Source: Escherichia phage EcWhh-1
Length of the DNA: 64,000 bases
Reading direction: 5' to 3' (one strand)
Sequence record: MH791409.1
Shown: positions 39,601 to 49,760 of the stretch, one piece after another
Layout of the letters: each line of letters starts with the position of its first letter
Numbering within the stretch: the stretch's first letter is position 1
Program-made: the position numbers and the translations under genes
Notes under the pieces: generated by a model
Told to the model about the DNA's origin: nothing
Database searches by the model: none
What the model saw: the letters and a program-made list of their open reading frames with translations, nothing else

Positions 39601-39721
39601 GTTTGACCAAAGTGCTGTGACTTTTGCCAATTGGCGTGCACTGGTTGATAAGCGTCTTAAAGACGATATTGGAAATCCTAGAGACCCTAAAGTTCCAACT
39701 CAGGTAAAAATTAATGATTAA
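36626..39721 (+). CDS. 7: baseplate wedge initiator gp7
   Basis: Synteny and size (1031 aa). Confidence 0.85.
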   Translation: MSVQAPYVTSLRIDKLSANHVSILWDDVGANFYYFVELAQTKDAGVEIPDDRLFWRNLGYTPNNEWFEEAFISPNSFYKMRVAVAAQGFEQSEWVYTEEFETFSTNAYTFEHMREFTLSNKFIEEKFTKNNQNYVNFNTDAIMASLMTEDFNFTPAYSHLSSISNYVLKADRFHEIQGSIQAVCKDPRRSILMELGGVLYLLERFQSTAKVSNDKGQNWHYIRLFNDRVGNPVSRTAHYQTETTTYVLGYDQIFYGRKSSDIRWSADDVRFSSQDVTFAKIGSDIDLPFEIEIFGSYAKLPLPISTIAEAMCASDDFIYVAGRDRVYKAKTSEAPIDTDPSSPTYGEKIFESGYSTITGNPKAVCYKLDSIQGHTFALITGEVKEEKMDPTVEANVIDSESKGVYWLDVETDTWTRVFGNTEEERRRIEHGYTSMSTDGEELFFSSSNFRYEVEVDSELPWKYPEIVTSAVKYVKDEQWIHNKHYLMMSFRSNSKSDFKEFKPGRMAYYAEPFFSWSRRDGTRSWITTGDHAMVVYNDALYQKVIDLNSGSSPERIVHEIWNKGFCKVTSPNIEFNGFKKYSSGMMIHKSTGELVGYFEFDYRVRDEVRVIWKPKEIMFTAELQNQEHEIPWAPKEETGEQDPDLKPLLVKMVPDSYLLQDSNFEKFCEYYLQFISDGSGTHYNNLLNLIRNQYPREEDSWEYLWSEIYKRNIYLSKEKRDEVVRFFQARQSDFWSTKGTEASYKFLFKLLYNEDVEIDIESKNSIEYDIIVESDNISEDIVGQTIYTPTGRSNVTYIERNYKDGKLQWRLTIHNLLGRFIVGQEIKSERTSFKGMIVQGVRGKELLSNNIDYINRNRSYYVMTIKSNLPTSRYRNDVLRFVHPVGFGFIGITLLSMFVNVGLTLKHTETIINILKNYKWDSGLPSEWYDRVAVIGFDGNIERDPRTGAPMYNVGPKAGEPFDIPADYDAENDFSVFQGQLPHERIKKHSPLFDQSAVTFANWRALVDKRLKDDIGNPRDPKVPTQVKIND

Positions 39722-40718
39722 TTCTACAGTAGTTTATCGTTCTATTGTTACTTCAAAATTTAGAACGGAAAAAATGTACAACTTTTACAGAACAATAGGT
39801 GATGGCGAAGACCAGAACACTATGTATGTATCTTTCGGAAGGGCCCGACCATGGGCCGATAACGAAAATGACCCTGGTTTTGCACCACCCTATCCTGTAG
39901 ATGATTCTGAAGGCGTAGAAGACGTCTGGACCAACATGATGGGTTGTGTTAAGGTTTATAAGAGTATGCTGGATTGTGTTGTCCCACGCAAAGACTGGGG
40001 TGACACAACTTATCCTAACCCATTTACTTTCCAGATAGGTGAAATTGTGGTAGCGAATAGCCAGCCACAAAACCGTACTGATGTAGGTGCTGGATGGATG
40101 GTTTATCGTTGTGTAGATATTCCTGAATCAGGTACATGTTCTATTTTGTCCCTTGATAATAAAACCGAGTGTATTAAACTTGGTGGCAAATGGACTTCAA
40201 ACGTGCAATCAGTTAAAGCCCCGGCAGGACAAGGTGATACGGAAGGTATGGTGGATACTGGTGACGGATATCTCTGGGAATATTTGTATGAGATTCCACC
40301 TGATGTAAGTATTAACCGATGCACTAATGAATATATTGTAGTTCCATGGCCAGAAGAAATTGCTGAGGACCCGGAACGTTGGGGATACGAGAATAACCTC
40401 ACTTGGCAACAAGACGATTATGGATTAATTTACCGTATTAAAGCCAATACTATTCGCTTTAAAGCATTCTTAGATTCGGTTTATTTCCCTGAATTTAGTT
40501 TGCCAGGCAACAAAGGTTTTAGACAGCTTTCTATAATTTCCAATCCATTGGAAGCTAAAGCTCACCCATCCGATCCGATCATTAAAGCCGAAAAAGAGTA
40601 CTATGATGTTATAGACCTCTCCCGCCACTCCGGTGAAATGATTTATATGGAAAACCGTCCTCCGGTTATTCGTTCCATGGACCAAACAGAAGAAATTAAC
40701 ATTGTCTTCGAATTCTAA
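39714..40718 (+). CDS. 8: baseplate wedge protein gp8
   Basis: Synteny and size (334 aa). Confidence 0.85.
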   Translation: MINSTVVYRSIVTSKFRTEKMYNFYRTIGDGEDQNTMYVSFGRARPWADNENDPGFAPPYPVDDSEGVEDVWTNMMGCVKVYKSMLDCVVPRKDWGDTTYPNPFTFQIGEIVVANSQPQNRTDVGAGWMVYRCVDIPESGTCSILSLDNKTECIKLGGKWTSNVQSVKAPAGQGDTEGMVDTGDGYLWEYLYEIPPDVSINRCTNEYIVVPWPEEIAEDPERWGYENNLTWQQDDYGLIYRIKANTIRFKAFLDSVYFPEFSLPGNKGFRQLSIISNPLEAKAHPSDPIIKAEKEYYDVIDLSRHSGEMIYMENRPPVIRSMDQTEEINIVFEF

Positions 40719-40720
40719 TA

Positions 40721-40748
40721 AGGGCCGCAAGGCCCTTTCGGGTTTAAT
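40721..40748 (+). terminator. rho-independent terminator
   Basis: GGGCCgcaaGGCCC hairpin plus T-rich tail after gene 8. Confidence 0.6.
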
Positions 40749-40779
40749 AAATACAGTATATCAATAATGAGGCATACCT

Positions 40780-41640
40780 ATGATTAAGCAAACTGGTAAA
40801 GAACTAATTGACGTCGGTGAAATTGGTAATGCCAGCACCGGCGACATTCTTTATGACGGCGGTGTTAAACTGAACACTGACTTAAACAACATCTATAATA
40901 CTTTCGGCGACCAACGTAAAACTGCTTTAACCGGCGAATTGACCGGCCAGAAATTACACGCTACAGGTTATTATCAAAAATTTGGTGATATGGACCAAGC
41001 AAGCTCGGTTGATTTAGGCTCTTTGGTGGATATTGATGCTTCTAGCGGTTCTATCGTATTAACCACTGTAAAGGGTGCAGTTGGTGAAGGAATTGAGATT
41101 ATCAACTCTAACGGAAGTATTTCACCTACCAACTATCTTGAAATCCGTATATTAGATACTTTTGCAAGCCATTCAACTTCGACTTTGCGTATTGTAACAC
41201 CTTATACACGAGTTCTTTTATGGTGTGTATCAGATACAAATGGTGTTGCGGTATGGGATTATTCAATTGAAAGTATGTTTGGTGATAAACGTGTTCCATT
41301 AAATAAGACATATAATATATCTTCTGTTGCTCGTGATATCCCGGTGGTTTATTCAGGTCAGTATTCATTGGTCAAACTTTTAGTTACGGCGGTGAATGCC
41401 AACGAAACCATTTACAAAGCTTCAGAATATCTTGTGTTTATCGATAACCAAGCTAAAAAGATTTATTCCACTGAATACGCAGTTATTAAACGTGGACAAA
41501 CTTCAGATGATGACGAAATTTATTCTCTAGATTTTAAATTCGATACATCAAACTATATTATCGCGACCGCTTCTTCTGTCAATCCTATGAGGCTTGCAAT
41601 TAAGGTCGTAGAAACCCAAACTATTGGAGTTCCAGTATAA
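40780..41640 (+). CDS. 9: baseplate wedge / long tail fiber socket gp9
   Basis: Synteny and size (286 aa). Confidence 0.8.
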   Translation: MIKQTGKELIDVGEIGNASTGDILYDGGVKLNTDLNNIYNTFGDQRKTALTGELTGQKLHATGYYQKFGDMDQASSVDLGSLVDIDASSGSIVLTTVKGAVGEGIEIINSNGSISPTNYLEIRILDTFASHSTSTLRIVTPYTRVLLWCVSDTNGVAVWDYSIESMFGDKRVPLNKTYNISSVARDIPVVYSGQYSLVKLLVTAVNANETIYKASEYLVFIDNQAKKIYSTEYAVIKRGQTSDDDEIYSLDFKFDTSNYIIATASSVNPMRLAIKVVETQTIGVPV

Positions 41641-43451
41641 TGAAACAAGACTTAAAAGTAGGTTCCGCTGTTGATGACGGGTCCGGTGATTACCTGCGCG
41701 CAGGTGGTCTTAAAATTAATAACAACTTCAATGAGCTTTATTACCAATTAGGCGACGGCAGTAACCCACATGCCGCAGGCGCTTGGAAACAACATTCTAC
41801 TGAAGACGGTGCTTTGTTGAATGCCGTAATGGGCCATAGCTATACCCTTAATACCCAGGGTGGGCGTATTAACGTCCAGCTTCCTAAAGGCTCTCCTGAA
41901 GAATATAACTTTGTTATCCGTGTACGTGACGTGTATTCTTCATGGCAAGCTAACCCAGTAACCTTAATCCCTGCCACAGGTGATACCATTAAGGGTTCAG
42001 CTACTCAAGTTGAAATTGCTCGCAACTTCTCTGACCTTGAATTGGTTTATTGTGCGCCTGGTCGTTGGGAATATGTTGAAAATAAGCAAGTAAACCGTAT
42101 TCCAAATAACGACCTTGCTACCGTAGCAACTAAGCAGTTTATTGCTACTGAAGGTCAAACAGATTTTCTAGATGTTTTCCCTGGCCTTTCTTACAACGTA
42201 GCAAGTTTAAGCGTTTCGCAACGTGGTAACAATTTGTTCTACGGTGTTGATGATATTTTTGATGCTGCTACCGCAGAGTTTGGTTCTCCGGGTGCTCAAC
42301 CAGGTGAATTGGTTGCCTTGAATGGTAAGGACATCCGTTTAAAATATCCATGCGAAGCAGGTGATACCGTTATTATCAAATCGTATAATGACGGACTTGC
42401 ACAATGGCGCAGTTCTTATAACCGCCGTGATATAACAATCAAAAGTTCAGAATTGACTAAAGACGTTTCTGTTCCTGGTTCTTCTTTCGTAGGTGATTTG
42501 AGTACTTCACATGTTATATCAGCGGCTGATTTGAATATTTCCGTTAACAGTCCTATCAACCCAAATGCTTGCCAAGTCATGCTTAATAGCACATTACTTC
42601 ATCAAGCTGGTACTGCTGGCCTTCCTTCGTTTTATTGTGAAGGTGCCGACGGACGTACTGCTACCGAGTGTTTTAATGCAGGCGGGCAATGGACTCAATC
42701 TAAATCAGACTATATTTTTAATTTGACCCCTGAAGATAAGATTGAATCCATCGAATTTGGACGTGACTTTGAACATGGTGATATTCTTACGGTAATTTGG
42801 TACAATAACGATATCGGCACTACCATGGAAATTGATGAGATTTTGGATTATACCAATAACATCTATATTTCTAAAGGCCCTTCTATTGATATATCAGGCC
42901 AGGTTCGTATCACTGATGTAGATAATCCTTTTGCACCTAACGTTGAACCTGTCGCCCCATCTAATATTACAATAGATACGGCATCGACATTTTTTGATTT
43001 AATTTACCCTATAGGAACCATCTATGAGAACACGGTGAATCCTAATAACCCTAAAACTTATATGGGCTTTGGTTCATGGAAGCGTTTATCTGATGTGTTC
43101 TTGGTAGGTTGGTCTCCTGACGCTAGTTCTTTGTTTAATGCAAATAATAACGACCTGGATTCAGCGGGTGTTCCACAATCAACTGCAGGCGGGACTGGTG
43201 GTGCTCATGTGGCTAATTTGAAATATGAGAATATCCCAGAACTTAATACAGATGATAAAGTCCTTATTGCAGATAATGATGGCCCTATTTTTGTAGGTGG
43301 ATGTTTAGTTGACCCTGATTCACAAGGACCGGCTTATACAAAATATCGTGAAGATAAAGCCAGTATTAATAAGGCTCAAGGGACCACTCCTATCCCGGTT
43401 AATACTCTACCACCATACTTAACTGTTCATCGCTGGATGAGGATTGCATAA
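41640..43451 (+). CDS. 10: baseplate wedge and short tail fiber attachment gp10
   Basis: Synteny and size (603 aa). Confidence 0.8.
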   Translation: MKQDLKVGSAVDDGSGDYLRAGGLKINNNFNELYYQLGDGSNPHAAGAWKQHSTEDGALLNAVMGHSYTLNTQGGRINVQLPKGSPEEYNFVIRVRDVYSSWQANPVTLIPATGDTIKGSATQVEIARNFSDLELVYCAPGRWEYVENKQVNRIPNNDLATVATKQFIATEGQTDFLDVFPGLSYNVASLSVSQRGNNLFYGVDDIFDAATAEFGSPGAQPGELVALNGKDIRLKYPCEAGDTVIIKSYNDGLAQWRSSYNRRDITIKSSELTKDVSVPGSSFVGDLSTSHVISAADLNISVNSPINPNACQVMLNSTLLHQAGTAGLPSFYCEGADGRTATECFNAGGQWTQSKSDYIFNLTPEDKIESIEFGRDFEHGDILTVIWYNNDIGTTMEIDEILDYTNNIYISKGPSIDISGQVRITDVDNPFAPNVEPVAPSNITIDTASTFFDLIYPIGTIYENTVNPNNPKTYMGFGSWKRLSDVFLVGWSPDASSLFNANNNDLDSAGVPQSTAGGTGGAHVANLKYENIPELNTDDKVLIADNDGPIFVGGCLVDPDSQGPAYTKYREDKASINKAQGTTPIPVNTLPPYLTVHRWMRIA

Positions 43452-44116
43452 TGACTTTAACTGAAATGAAAAGCGGGTTAAAATCCCGCTTAGCTGACTA
43501 TTTGGAATTATCTTACACCAGTGACAAGCCTACTGCTGTTGCTGACCAACGACCTATCGGTGGCCCTTCTGCAAACCAAACCCAGAAGGGTGTTTATTTT
43601 CCTACAGTCCAAAGTGCAATAGATGATATTGCATTTAGAACAGAGCTTCCTGTGAACTCTGTTATTATTACCACAGAAAACAGAGCACCTGGATTTATCC
43701 AACAATCTGATAAAATTACATTTACCGGTTCTATTTCTTCAGGCGGCGAACTTGGCGACCCGGTTATTATTAAAGTGTTTGGACTTCCTGTAGAGGTCTT
43801 AGTTGGTGATTCATCTGTATTGGTTGCATCTAAAGTAAATGATGTATTTTTAGACGCCATTGCTAATAGCTATATTTTAGCCGAAACGGCTATTGACGCC
43901 TTAGACCAATCTACCTTGAATATTAAATACAATGACTATCAGAATCATATTTTTTCACCATATAAACAATCGGGTTGTACAATTTCCCATACTATAGTCC
44001 AGCAGCCAAGGGCCGGATATGGTAAGTGGGAATACTTAGGTAACTCTACCCAATCGTTAGCAGGTGGTACAGTTAACGGCACGATTCCTTTATATTACTA
44101 TAAGAGATTATATTAA
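43451..44116 (+). CDS. 11: baseplate wedge / tail pin gp11
   Basis: Synteny and size (221 aa); sequence diverged from T4. Confidence 0.75.
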   Translation: MTLTEMKSGLKSRLADYLELSYTSDKPTAVADQRPIGGPSANQTQKGVYFPTVQSAIDDIAFRTELPVNSVIITTENRAPGFIQQSDKITFTGSISSGGELGDPVIIKVFGLPVEVLVGDSSVLVASKVNDVFLDAIANSYILAETAIDALDQSTLNIKYNDYQNHIFSPYKQSGCTISHTIVQQPRAGYGKWEYLGNSTQSLAGGTVNGTIPLYYYKRLY

Positions 44117-45642
44117 TGTCAACAAACACACTAAAACACATTAGTGATAAATCGGAATTCAAATCATTCGACCCTACTGGGTCGAATTTCCCGCCTGATA
44201 TTACTAATGTTCAAGAAGCATTGGCGGCTATTTCATTAATCGGTGTCACTGGTAATGTTCCTTCAGCCACAGAAACATCCCAAGGTATTATTCGTCTTGC
44301 CACAACACAAGAAGTAATGGATGGGTTGGATGCTTATAGTGCAGTGACCCCTGCAACTTTAAAAGCACGTTTAGATATTCCTACTCAGGCAACAGAAACT
44401 TATATAGGTATTACCCGTTATGCTACTAACGCTGAAGCTATAGCAGGTACAGAGCCCCAGGCTGCAATCGTAGCAACCTCTTTGAAAGCGGTAATGGATT
44501 ATACATTTGAGAACCGTTTATCAACAGAGAACACTACAGGCGTTATCAAGATTTCAACTACACCTGCCGCATTAGCTGGTACCGATGATACCACAGCAAT
44601 GACCCCACTTAAAGTATCGCAAGCAATTGGCGCGGCCACAGCAGCGTTACCGGTTTATTCTACGGCAACGACTACAAATGAAGGTTTAGTTCGTTTAGCG
44701 ACTAATGCTGAAGTTGGCAATGGAAGTCTTTCGGTAGGTATTGCTATTTCTCCAGCCGGATTAGCCACATTAACTTCCACCGAAGCCAGAAGTGGTATTA
44801 TTAAACTCGCAGGTTGGGATATGGTATCTAATGGTACTGACCATACTGCCGCTGTTACTCCGGCATCTTTGCTAGCTCGTACAGGTAATACAGGGCGAAT
44901 TGGCTTGGTGCGTTTAACTACTACAGTTGGACAAGGCGATGGTAATACGGCCCTGGCTTATAATGCTAACGTTATTTCTACTTCAGGTGGTGAAATATGG
45001 GGTACTTTAAACGTTAATGGCGCATTACGTCGTAATGGTGTTGATGTTGTTACCCACGACCAATTATCAGATAGCGTTCCGGTAGGTACTATTTGTATGT
45101 GGGGTGGACATGAAGGTAATATCCCAGGCAAATGGCGAGCTTGTGTAGGTGGGACTTATACTGGTGGTGCATATTTAAATGCTGTTGGCGGACGTTGGGG
45201 ATGGTGGGGTGCTATTCCAGATTTCCGTGGATTATATCCTCGCGGTGCTAACATGGTTGGTGGATATTCTGAAGGTGAAGTTAACCCACATATTGCCGGT
45301 AACCGAGGAGAAGACGGTAAAGGTAAAGCCCGTTTAGGTAACGGTGTAGGTTCGTTCCCACAATCTTCTGTTCAAGCCCAAGCATTACGTTATCATAAAC
45401 ACGCCGGTGGTTTTGGTGAACATGATAACTATGGTGCTTTTGGTAACACTGCTAACTCTGGGTATGTTGGTACTCGTAAAGGACTTGACTGGGATAACCG
45501 TAGTTATTATACTAACGAAGGGTTTGAGACCACTGAACCTTGGAACCGTGATGGCCATACCACACTGAATAGTGAAGGACTTATTGCAAATGAAACACGT
45601 CCTTGGACAATGTCCGTTCTTTTTATTATTAAAGTAGAATAA
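44116..45642 (+). CDS. 12: short tail fiber gp12
   Basis: Synteny, size, Ala/Thr/Gly-rich repetitive fibre region. Confidence 0.8.
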   Translation: MSTNTLKHISDKSEFKSFDPTGSNFPPDITNVQEALAAISLIGVTGNVPSATETSQGIIRLATTQEVMDGLDAYSAVTPATLKARLDIPTQATETYIGITRYATNAEAIAGTEPQAAIVATSLKAVMDYTFENRLSTENTTGVIKISTTPAALAGTDDTTAMTPLKVSQAIGAATAALPVYSTATTTNEGLVRLATNAEVGNGSLSVGIAISPAGLATLTSTEARSGIIKLAGWDMVSNGTDHTAAVTPASLLARTGNTGRIGLVRLTTTVGQGDGNTALAYNANVISTSGGEIWGTLNVNGALRRNGVDVVTHDQLSDSVPVGTICMWGGHEGNIPGKWRACVGGTYTGGAYLNAVGGRWGWWGAIPDFRGLYPRGANMVGGYSEGEVNPHIAGNRGEDGKGKARLGNGVGSFPQSSVQAQALRYHKHAGGFGEHDNYGAFGNTANSGYVGTRKGLDWDNRSYYTNEGFETTEPWNRDGHTTLNSEGLIANETRPWTMSVLFIIKVE

Positions 45643-45651
45643 GGGTAAAAA

Positions 45652-47958
45652 ATGATTAACAAATTGGAACTTAGTGAGTTACCATTTGTTGACGGCGTAC
45701 CTGATGCTCCTCAAAAGCGTATCCAATGGATACGCGAGGGTGATTGTATGTCTGCAGCAAAAACAAAATACGGCAATGAAGGTAATTTGAACGCTGCTGC
45801 TTTAGGAGTTCAGAAAAACGTAGAAGCTCTTGATGCCAACGATTTAAAAACTGCTGATAAAGTTAATGAGCTTATAGAAAACGTTAATAATATCAATGAC
45901 GCTTTAGAAATGTCAACAGATATTTCTATCATTCAACAAATAGAGAAAAACCGTGTTGATATTGTAGACCTTAAAAAAGTCACCGAAGATACAACAGAAA
46001 AATTGGACACCTTAACAACCAATTTTGATTTCTTGCGTGAAGATGTTGGATACCATGACCCTTTACAAGACGGGCCATATTTAACTGTACGTGAAAATAT
46101 TGTTCTTCTTAAAAATGAAATTGGTCACTATGAGGACCAGGATATAAACGGTAATCCTTTACCTCCAGGTGAAACTAGTGAAGCCACTGGTATAAAACGC
46201 CGCATCATGGATAATACCACTGAATTGGTGGACCATCGTCTTCGTATTGATACCCTTGAAAGAAACTATGAAGATTCTGATGTTGGGCAATTAGGTATTA
46301 AACTAAATGAAATTCGTGCCGAATTAGGACCACATTCTGATACGGTAGGTAAACAACCCGCTTACACCCGAATTTCAGTATTAGAAACGGCTGCAGTTAA
46401 TTTTAATACGGCTATTGACGAAATTAAGGATAATATTGATTTCTCTGGTATGCCTATAAAGGACCGAGTAACTACTTTAGAAAGCAAAACCTTTACCTTA
46501 GAAAATTCAGTTAACGTTGATTTAAAACCTAGAGTAACTTCTATAGAAACTCAAATCGGTTCCGAGTCTGCACCAGCATCTATTAATGGACGTTTAAGTG
46601 GGCTTCGTACCGATGTAAATGATTTAAAAACCGTTGTTGGTAATAGTTCTAGTGAAGGGCTTCGTTTCCAGGTTTCCGATATTAATCGACGCCTTGGTAG
46701 TGAAGTGTCTCCTGCTGCTGGCACAATTAATAAGCGTTTGAATGATGTTATTATTCAAGCAAACCAATCTACCTCGTCCATCCAGGATATTCAGGTAGAA
46801 ATTGGTAACAACCAATCTGGTATTAAGGGTACTTTACTTAAACTCACCGATAAGGTTGACGGGACGAACCCTAACGGAGCTACCGTAGAAGAACGTGGTC
46901 TTATTAATGCGGTTACTTCTTTAGAAACCCAGATTCAAGGTAAATTAGGTGATGCACCTTCTGATGGTAAACTCTATGCACGTCGAAATGCGGCATGGGC
47001 TGAAGTTGTTAATAATTCCACAGAAATAGAAACCGTTAAAGCCGATTTAGTTGTTACCGACGGTAAAGTGACCGCTTTAACTTCCAGAGTAGATGGTAAT
47101 GATACCTCAATTTCTTCTCTTGATACTCGTACCGGTGCATTAAACACTTCGGTTGGCGAGATTAAAGCTGATATAGTTTCTATAAAGGCTAAAGATGATG
47201 AACAGGATGGTCGTTTAACAGCACTTGAATCTAGTGATGTGACCATTAACGGTAAAATTGCTGCTCTTGAAACTAAGACAGATACCACTGATGATGATGT
47301 CACAGCACTAGCTTTAGACGTTTCTTCTTTAGAGAACCAATTGACTCCTATAAAAGCCGATATTACCAAAAACAAAGGTGATATTGTTGCCTTAACTGGT
47401 CGAGTGGCTTCTACTGAAGGCGAAATTAATGCAATTAAAGTTGATACAGCCAAAATTGCTCCTTTAACAACTAGAGTTACTACGGCAGAAGGTAAAATCA
47501 CTACTTTAGAAACAGGGCTTGCCTCTGTTAAAGTCGAATCCGATAAGGTAGCAGGTATTAATACCCGCCTTAGCACTGCAGAAGGTGACATCGGAACACT
47601 TAAAACAGGGTTGGCTGAAGTTAAGGGTGAATCCGATAAAGTAGCAGCTATAGATACCCGTTTGGGTGTTGTTGAAGTTGAATCAGGTAAAGTAGCAGGA
47701 ATCGATGCTCGTTTGGGTGATGTTGAAGGCGAAGTTAGTACTCTTGAAACAGGTTTGGCTGCAGTTAAAGTTGAATCTGATAAAGTTGCTGACTTAGGAA
47801 CCCGTTTAACCGCTGCCGAAGGTAAAATTACAGCCTTAGAAACAGAATTATCTAAACGTCCACCGGTGGCTCCTGCCGCAGACGGACTTCCGTATGTTCT
47901 GGTTGATAACGCATGGGTATTATTGTCTGATTTTGTGACTTTAAACTCAGCACCATAA
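45652..47958 (+). CDS. wac: fibritin (whisker antigen control), extended 768-aa form
   Basis: N-terminus like T4 Wac (LPFVDG...IQWI), coiled coil, C-terminal foldon-like motif (YVLVDNAWVLLSDF). Confidence 0.85.
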   Translation: MINKLELSELPFVDGVPDAPQKRIQWIREGDCMSAAKTKYGNEGNLNAAALGVQKNVEALDANDLKTADKVNELIENVNNINDALEMSTDISIIQQIEKNRVDIVDLKKVTEDTTEKLDTLTTNFDFLREDVGYHDPLQDGPYLTVRENIVLLKNEIGHYEDQDINGNPLPPGETSEATGIKRRIMDNTTELVDHRLRIDTLERNYEDSDVGQLGIKLNEIRAELGPHSDTVGKQPAYTRISVLETAAVNFNTAIDEIKDNIDFSGMPIKDRVTTLESKTFTLENSVNVDLKPRVTSIETQIGSESAPASINGRLSGLRTDVNDLKTVVGNSSSEGLRFQVSDINRRLGSEVSPAAGTINKRLNDVIIQANQSTSSIQDIQVEIGNNQSGIKGTLLKLTDKVDGTNPNGATVEERGLINAVTSLETQIQGKLGDAPSDGKLYARRNAAWAEVVNNSTEIETVKADLVVTDGKVTALTSRVDGNDTSISSLDTRTGALNTSVGEIKADIVSIKAKDDEQDGRLTALESSDVTINGKIAALETKTDTTDDDVTALALDVSSLENQLTPIKADITKNKGDIVALTGRVASTEGEINAIKVDTAKIAPLTTRVTTAEGKITTLETGLASVKVESDKVAGINTRLSTAEGDIGTLKTGLAEVKGESDKVAAIDTRLGVVEVESGKVAGIDARLGDVEGEVSTLETGLAAVKVESDKVADLGTRLTAAEGKITALETELSKRPPVAPAADGLPYVLVDNAWVLLSDFVTLNSAP
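47440..47880 (+). repeat. imperfect tandem repeats inside wac (ESDKVAG...RL...AEG...TLETGLA units)
   Basis: Four to five ~22-codon units visible in DNA and protein. Confidence 0.6.
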
Positions 47959-47961
47959 TAA

Positions 47962-47981
47962 AAGGGCTTCGGCCCTTTTTT
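47962..47981 (+). terminator. rho-independent terminator
   Basis: GGGCttcgGCCC hairpin followed by TTTTTT after wac. Confidence 0.65.
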
Positions 47982-47983
47982 GC

Positions 47984-47991
47984 TATAAATA
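47984..47991 (+). promoter_or_regulatory. late promoter TATAAATA box (gene 13)
   Basis: Exact TATAAATA ~22 nt upstream of gene 13. Confidence 0.6.
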
Positions 47992-48012
47992 CGGTTATTA
48001 GAGGAATAAAAC

Positions 48013-48948
48013 ATGGCAAGTGAATCATATAACCCTAAGCAACTCAAGGACGCTATTCTGCGTCGCCTGGGTGCGCCGATTACAAATATTGAAGTAACTA
48101 CTGACCAAGTATATGATTGCATCCAGCGGGCTCTAGAGCTCTACGGCGAATACCATTATAACGGGTATAACAAAGGTTATCAGGCTTTTTATATTGGCCA
48201 TGACGATGAAGAAAAATTCCGTAATGGCGTATTCGACCTTAAAGGACGTAATATATTTGCAGTAACACAAATTTTGAGAACTAACGTTGGCTCTTTAACA
48301 TCTATGGACGGGCAAGCAACTTATCCATGGTTTACAGATTTTGTACTAGGTTTGGCAGGTATTAATGGTGGTCTTGGGTCTTCATGTAATAGTTTTGGAC
48401 CTAATGCCTTCGGCGCCGACCTTGGCTATTTTACACAATTAATGCAATATCGTTCTATGATGCAGGACCTTTTGGTTCCGCTGCCTGATTATTGGTATAA
48501 TGATGCCACTGAACAATTGAAGGTAATGGGCAACTTTGTTAAAGGCGACTTTATTGTAATTGAAGTTTATACCCGTTCATTTAATGGCGTTGATTCCATG
48601 GTCGGGAATACAGCAGGATATGGATATGCTTCTGGTGGCTGTGACGAAAATGAATGGAGTCCTGGGGCTATTTGGGACAATCCTGCACGCCGAATTTCAG
48701 GAATGAGAGCTGGTGAGGACCTTGGACTACAAGATGGTGCGTATAATAACCGTTGGGTCAAAGATTACGCTACGGCATTAGTTAAAGAGGTCAATGGTAA
48801 TATTTTAGCCAAACACCAAGGTATGCAATTAGCAGGCGGAACCACTGTAGATGGCATTCGATTGATTGAAGAAGCTCGTTTAGAAAAAGAACGTCTTCGC
48901 GAAGAATTAGATTTGCTCGACCCACCAACACCTATTTTAATTGGATAA
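48013..48948 (+). CDS. 13: neck protein gp13
   Basis: Synteny and size (311 aa). Confidence 0.8.
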   Translation: MASESYNPKQLKDAILRRLGAPITNIEVTTDQVYDCIQRALELYGEYHYNGYNKGYQAFYIGHDDEEKFRNGVFDLKGRNIFAVTQILRTNVGSLTSMDGQATYPWFTDFVLGLAGINGGLGSSCNSFGPNAFGADLGYFTQLMQYRSMMQDLLVPLPDYWYNDATEQLKVMGNFVKGDFIVIEVYTRSFNGVDSMVGNTAGYGYASGGCDENEWSPGAIWDNPARRISGMRAGEDLGLQDGAYNNRWVKDYATALVKEVNGNILAKHQGMQLAGGTTVDGIRLIEEARLEKERLREELDLLDPPTPILIG

Positions 48949-48950
48949 TT

Positions 48951-49724
48951 ATGGCTACTTTCGATTCGAGTTTATTTGCTAAGCTGGAAAATAACACCGG
49001 TTATGCTAACACGAACGAAACTGAAATAATGAACCCTTTCGTCAACTTTTATCGCCATGAGAACACTCAAACATTGGCCGATGCTTTAGTTGCTGAGTCT
49101 ATTCAAATGCGTGGTATCGAGCTTTATTATATACCACGCGAATACGTTAATCCTGACCAGCTATTTGGCGAAGACCTTCAGAACAAATTTACTAAAGCCT
49201 GGAAGTTTGCAGGTTATTTGGATTCCTTTGAAGGTTATTCCGGTGACAATACTTATTTCAGTAAGTTCGGTATGATGGTTAATGATGAGGTAACAATCAC
49301 AATTAACCCTAACCTTTTTAAACATCAATGCAACGGCACTGAACCTGTTTCAGGTGATTTGATTTATTTCCCAATGGACAACAGCCTATTTGAAATTAAC
49401 TGGGTTCAACCTTACGACCCATTCTATCAAGTCGGTACAAACGTCCAGCGTCGCATTACTGCTACCAAGTTCATTTATAATGGTGAAGAACTTCGTCCTG
49501 AATTACAGAGAAATGAAGGCATTAATATTCCTGAATTCAGTGAGCTTGATTTAATGCCTGTTAAGAATATTGATGGGTTGGCTGATATCTCTGATATCCA
49601 ATATGAAGAGGTTAATGAGATTAATGCTGAAGCGGCGGAATTCGTACACCCTTATGTAGTGATTAACGGTAGAGGAGAAGATGCTCCTCCTACAGCATTT
49701 GATGATGCTTTTTTAGATGATTAA
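48951..49724 (+). CDS. 14: neck protein gp14
   Basis: Synteny and size (257 aa). Confidence 0.8.
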   Translation: MATFDSSLFAKLENNTGYANTNETEIMNPFVNFYRHENTQTLADALVAESIQMRGIELYYIPREYVNPDQLFGEDLQNKFTKAWKFAGYLDSFEGYSGDNTYFSKFGMMVNDEVTITINPNLFKHQCNGTEPVSGDLIYFPMDNSLFEINWVQPYDPFYQVGTNVQRRITATKFIYNGEELRPELQRNEGINIPEFSELDLMPVKNIDGLADISDIQYEEVNEINAEAAEFVHPYVVINGRGEDAPPTAFDDAFLDD

Positions 49725-49727
49725 ATA

Positions 49728-49752
49728 ATACATGGCGCATCCCGCGCCATTT
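49728..49752 (+). terminator. hairpin (ATGGCGCatccGCGCCAT)
   Basis: Stem-loop with T-run after gene 14. Confidence 0.5.
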
Positions 49753-49760
49753 TAGGAGGT

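Noticed and set aside
46974-48122. 382-aa minus-strand ORF rich in Ser/Thr/Ala repeats
   Set aside because: It lies entirely antisense to the repetitive coiled-coil part of wac and the start of gene 13; repetitive DNA lacks stops on the opposite strand, and it has no SD or promoter context.
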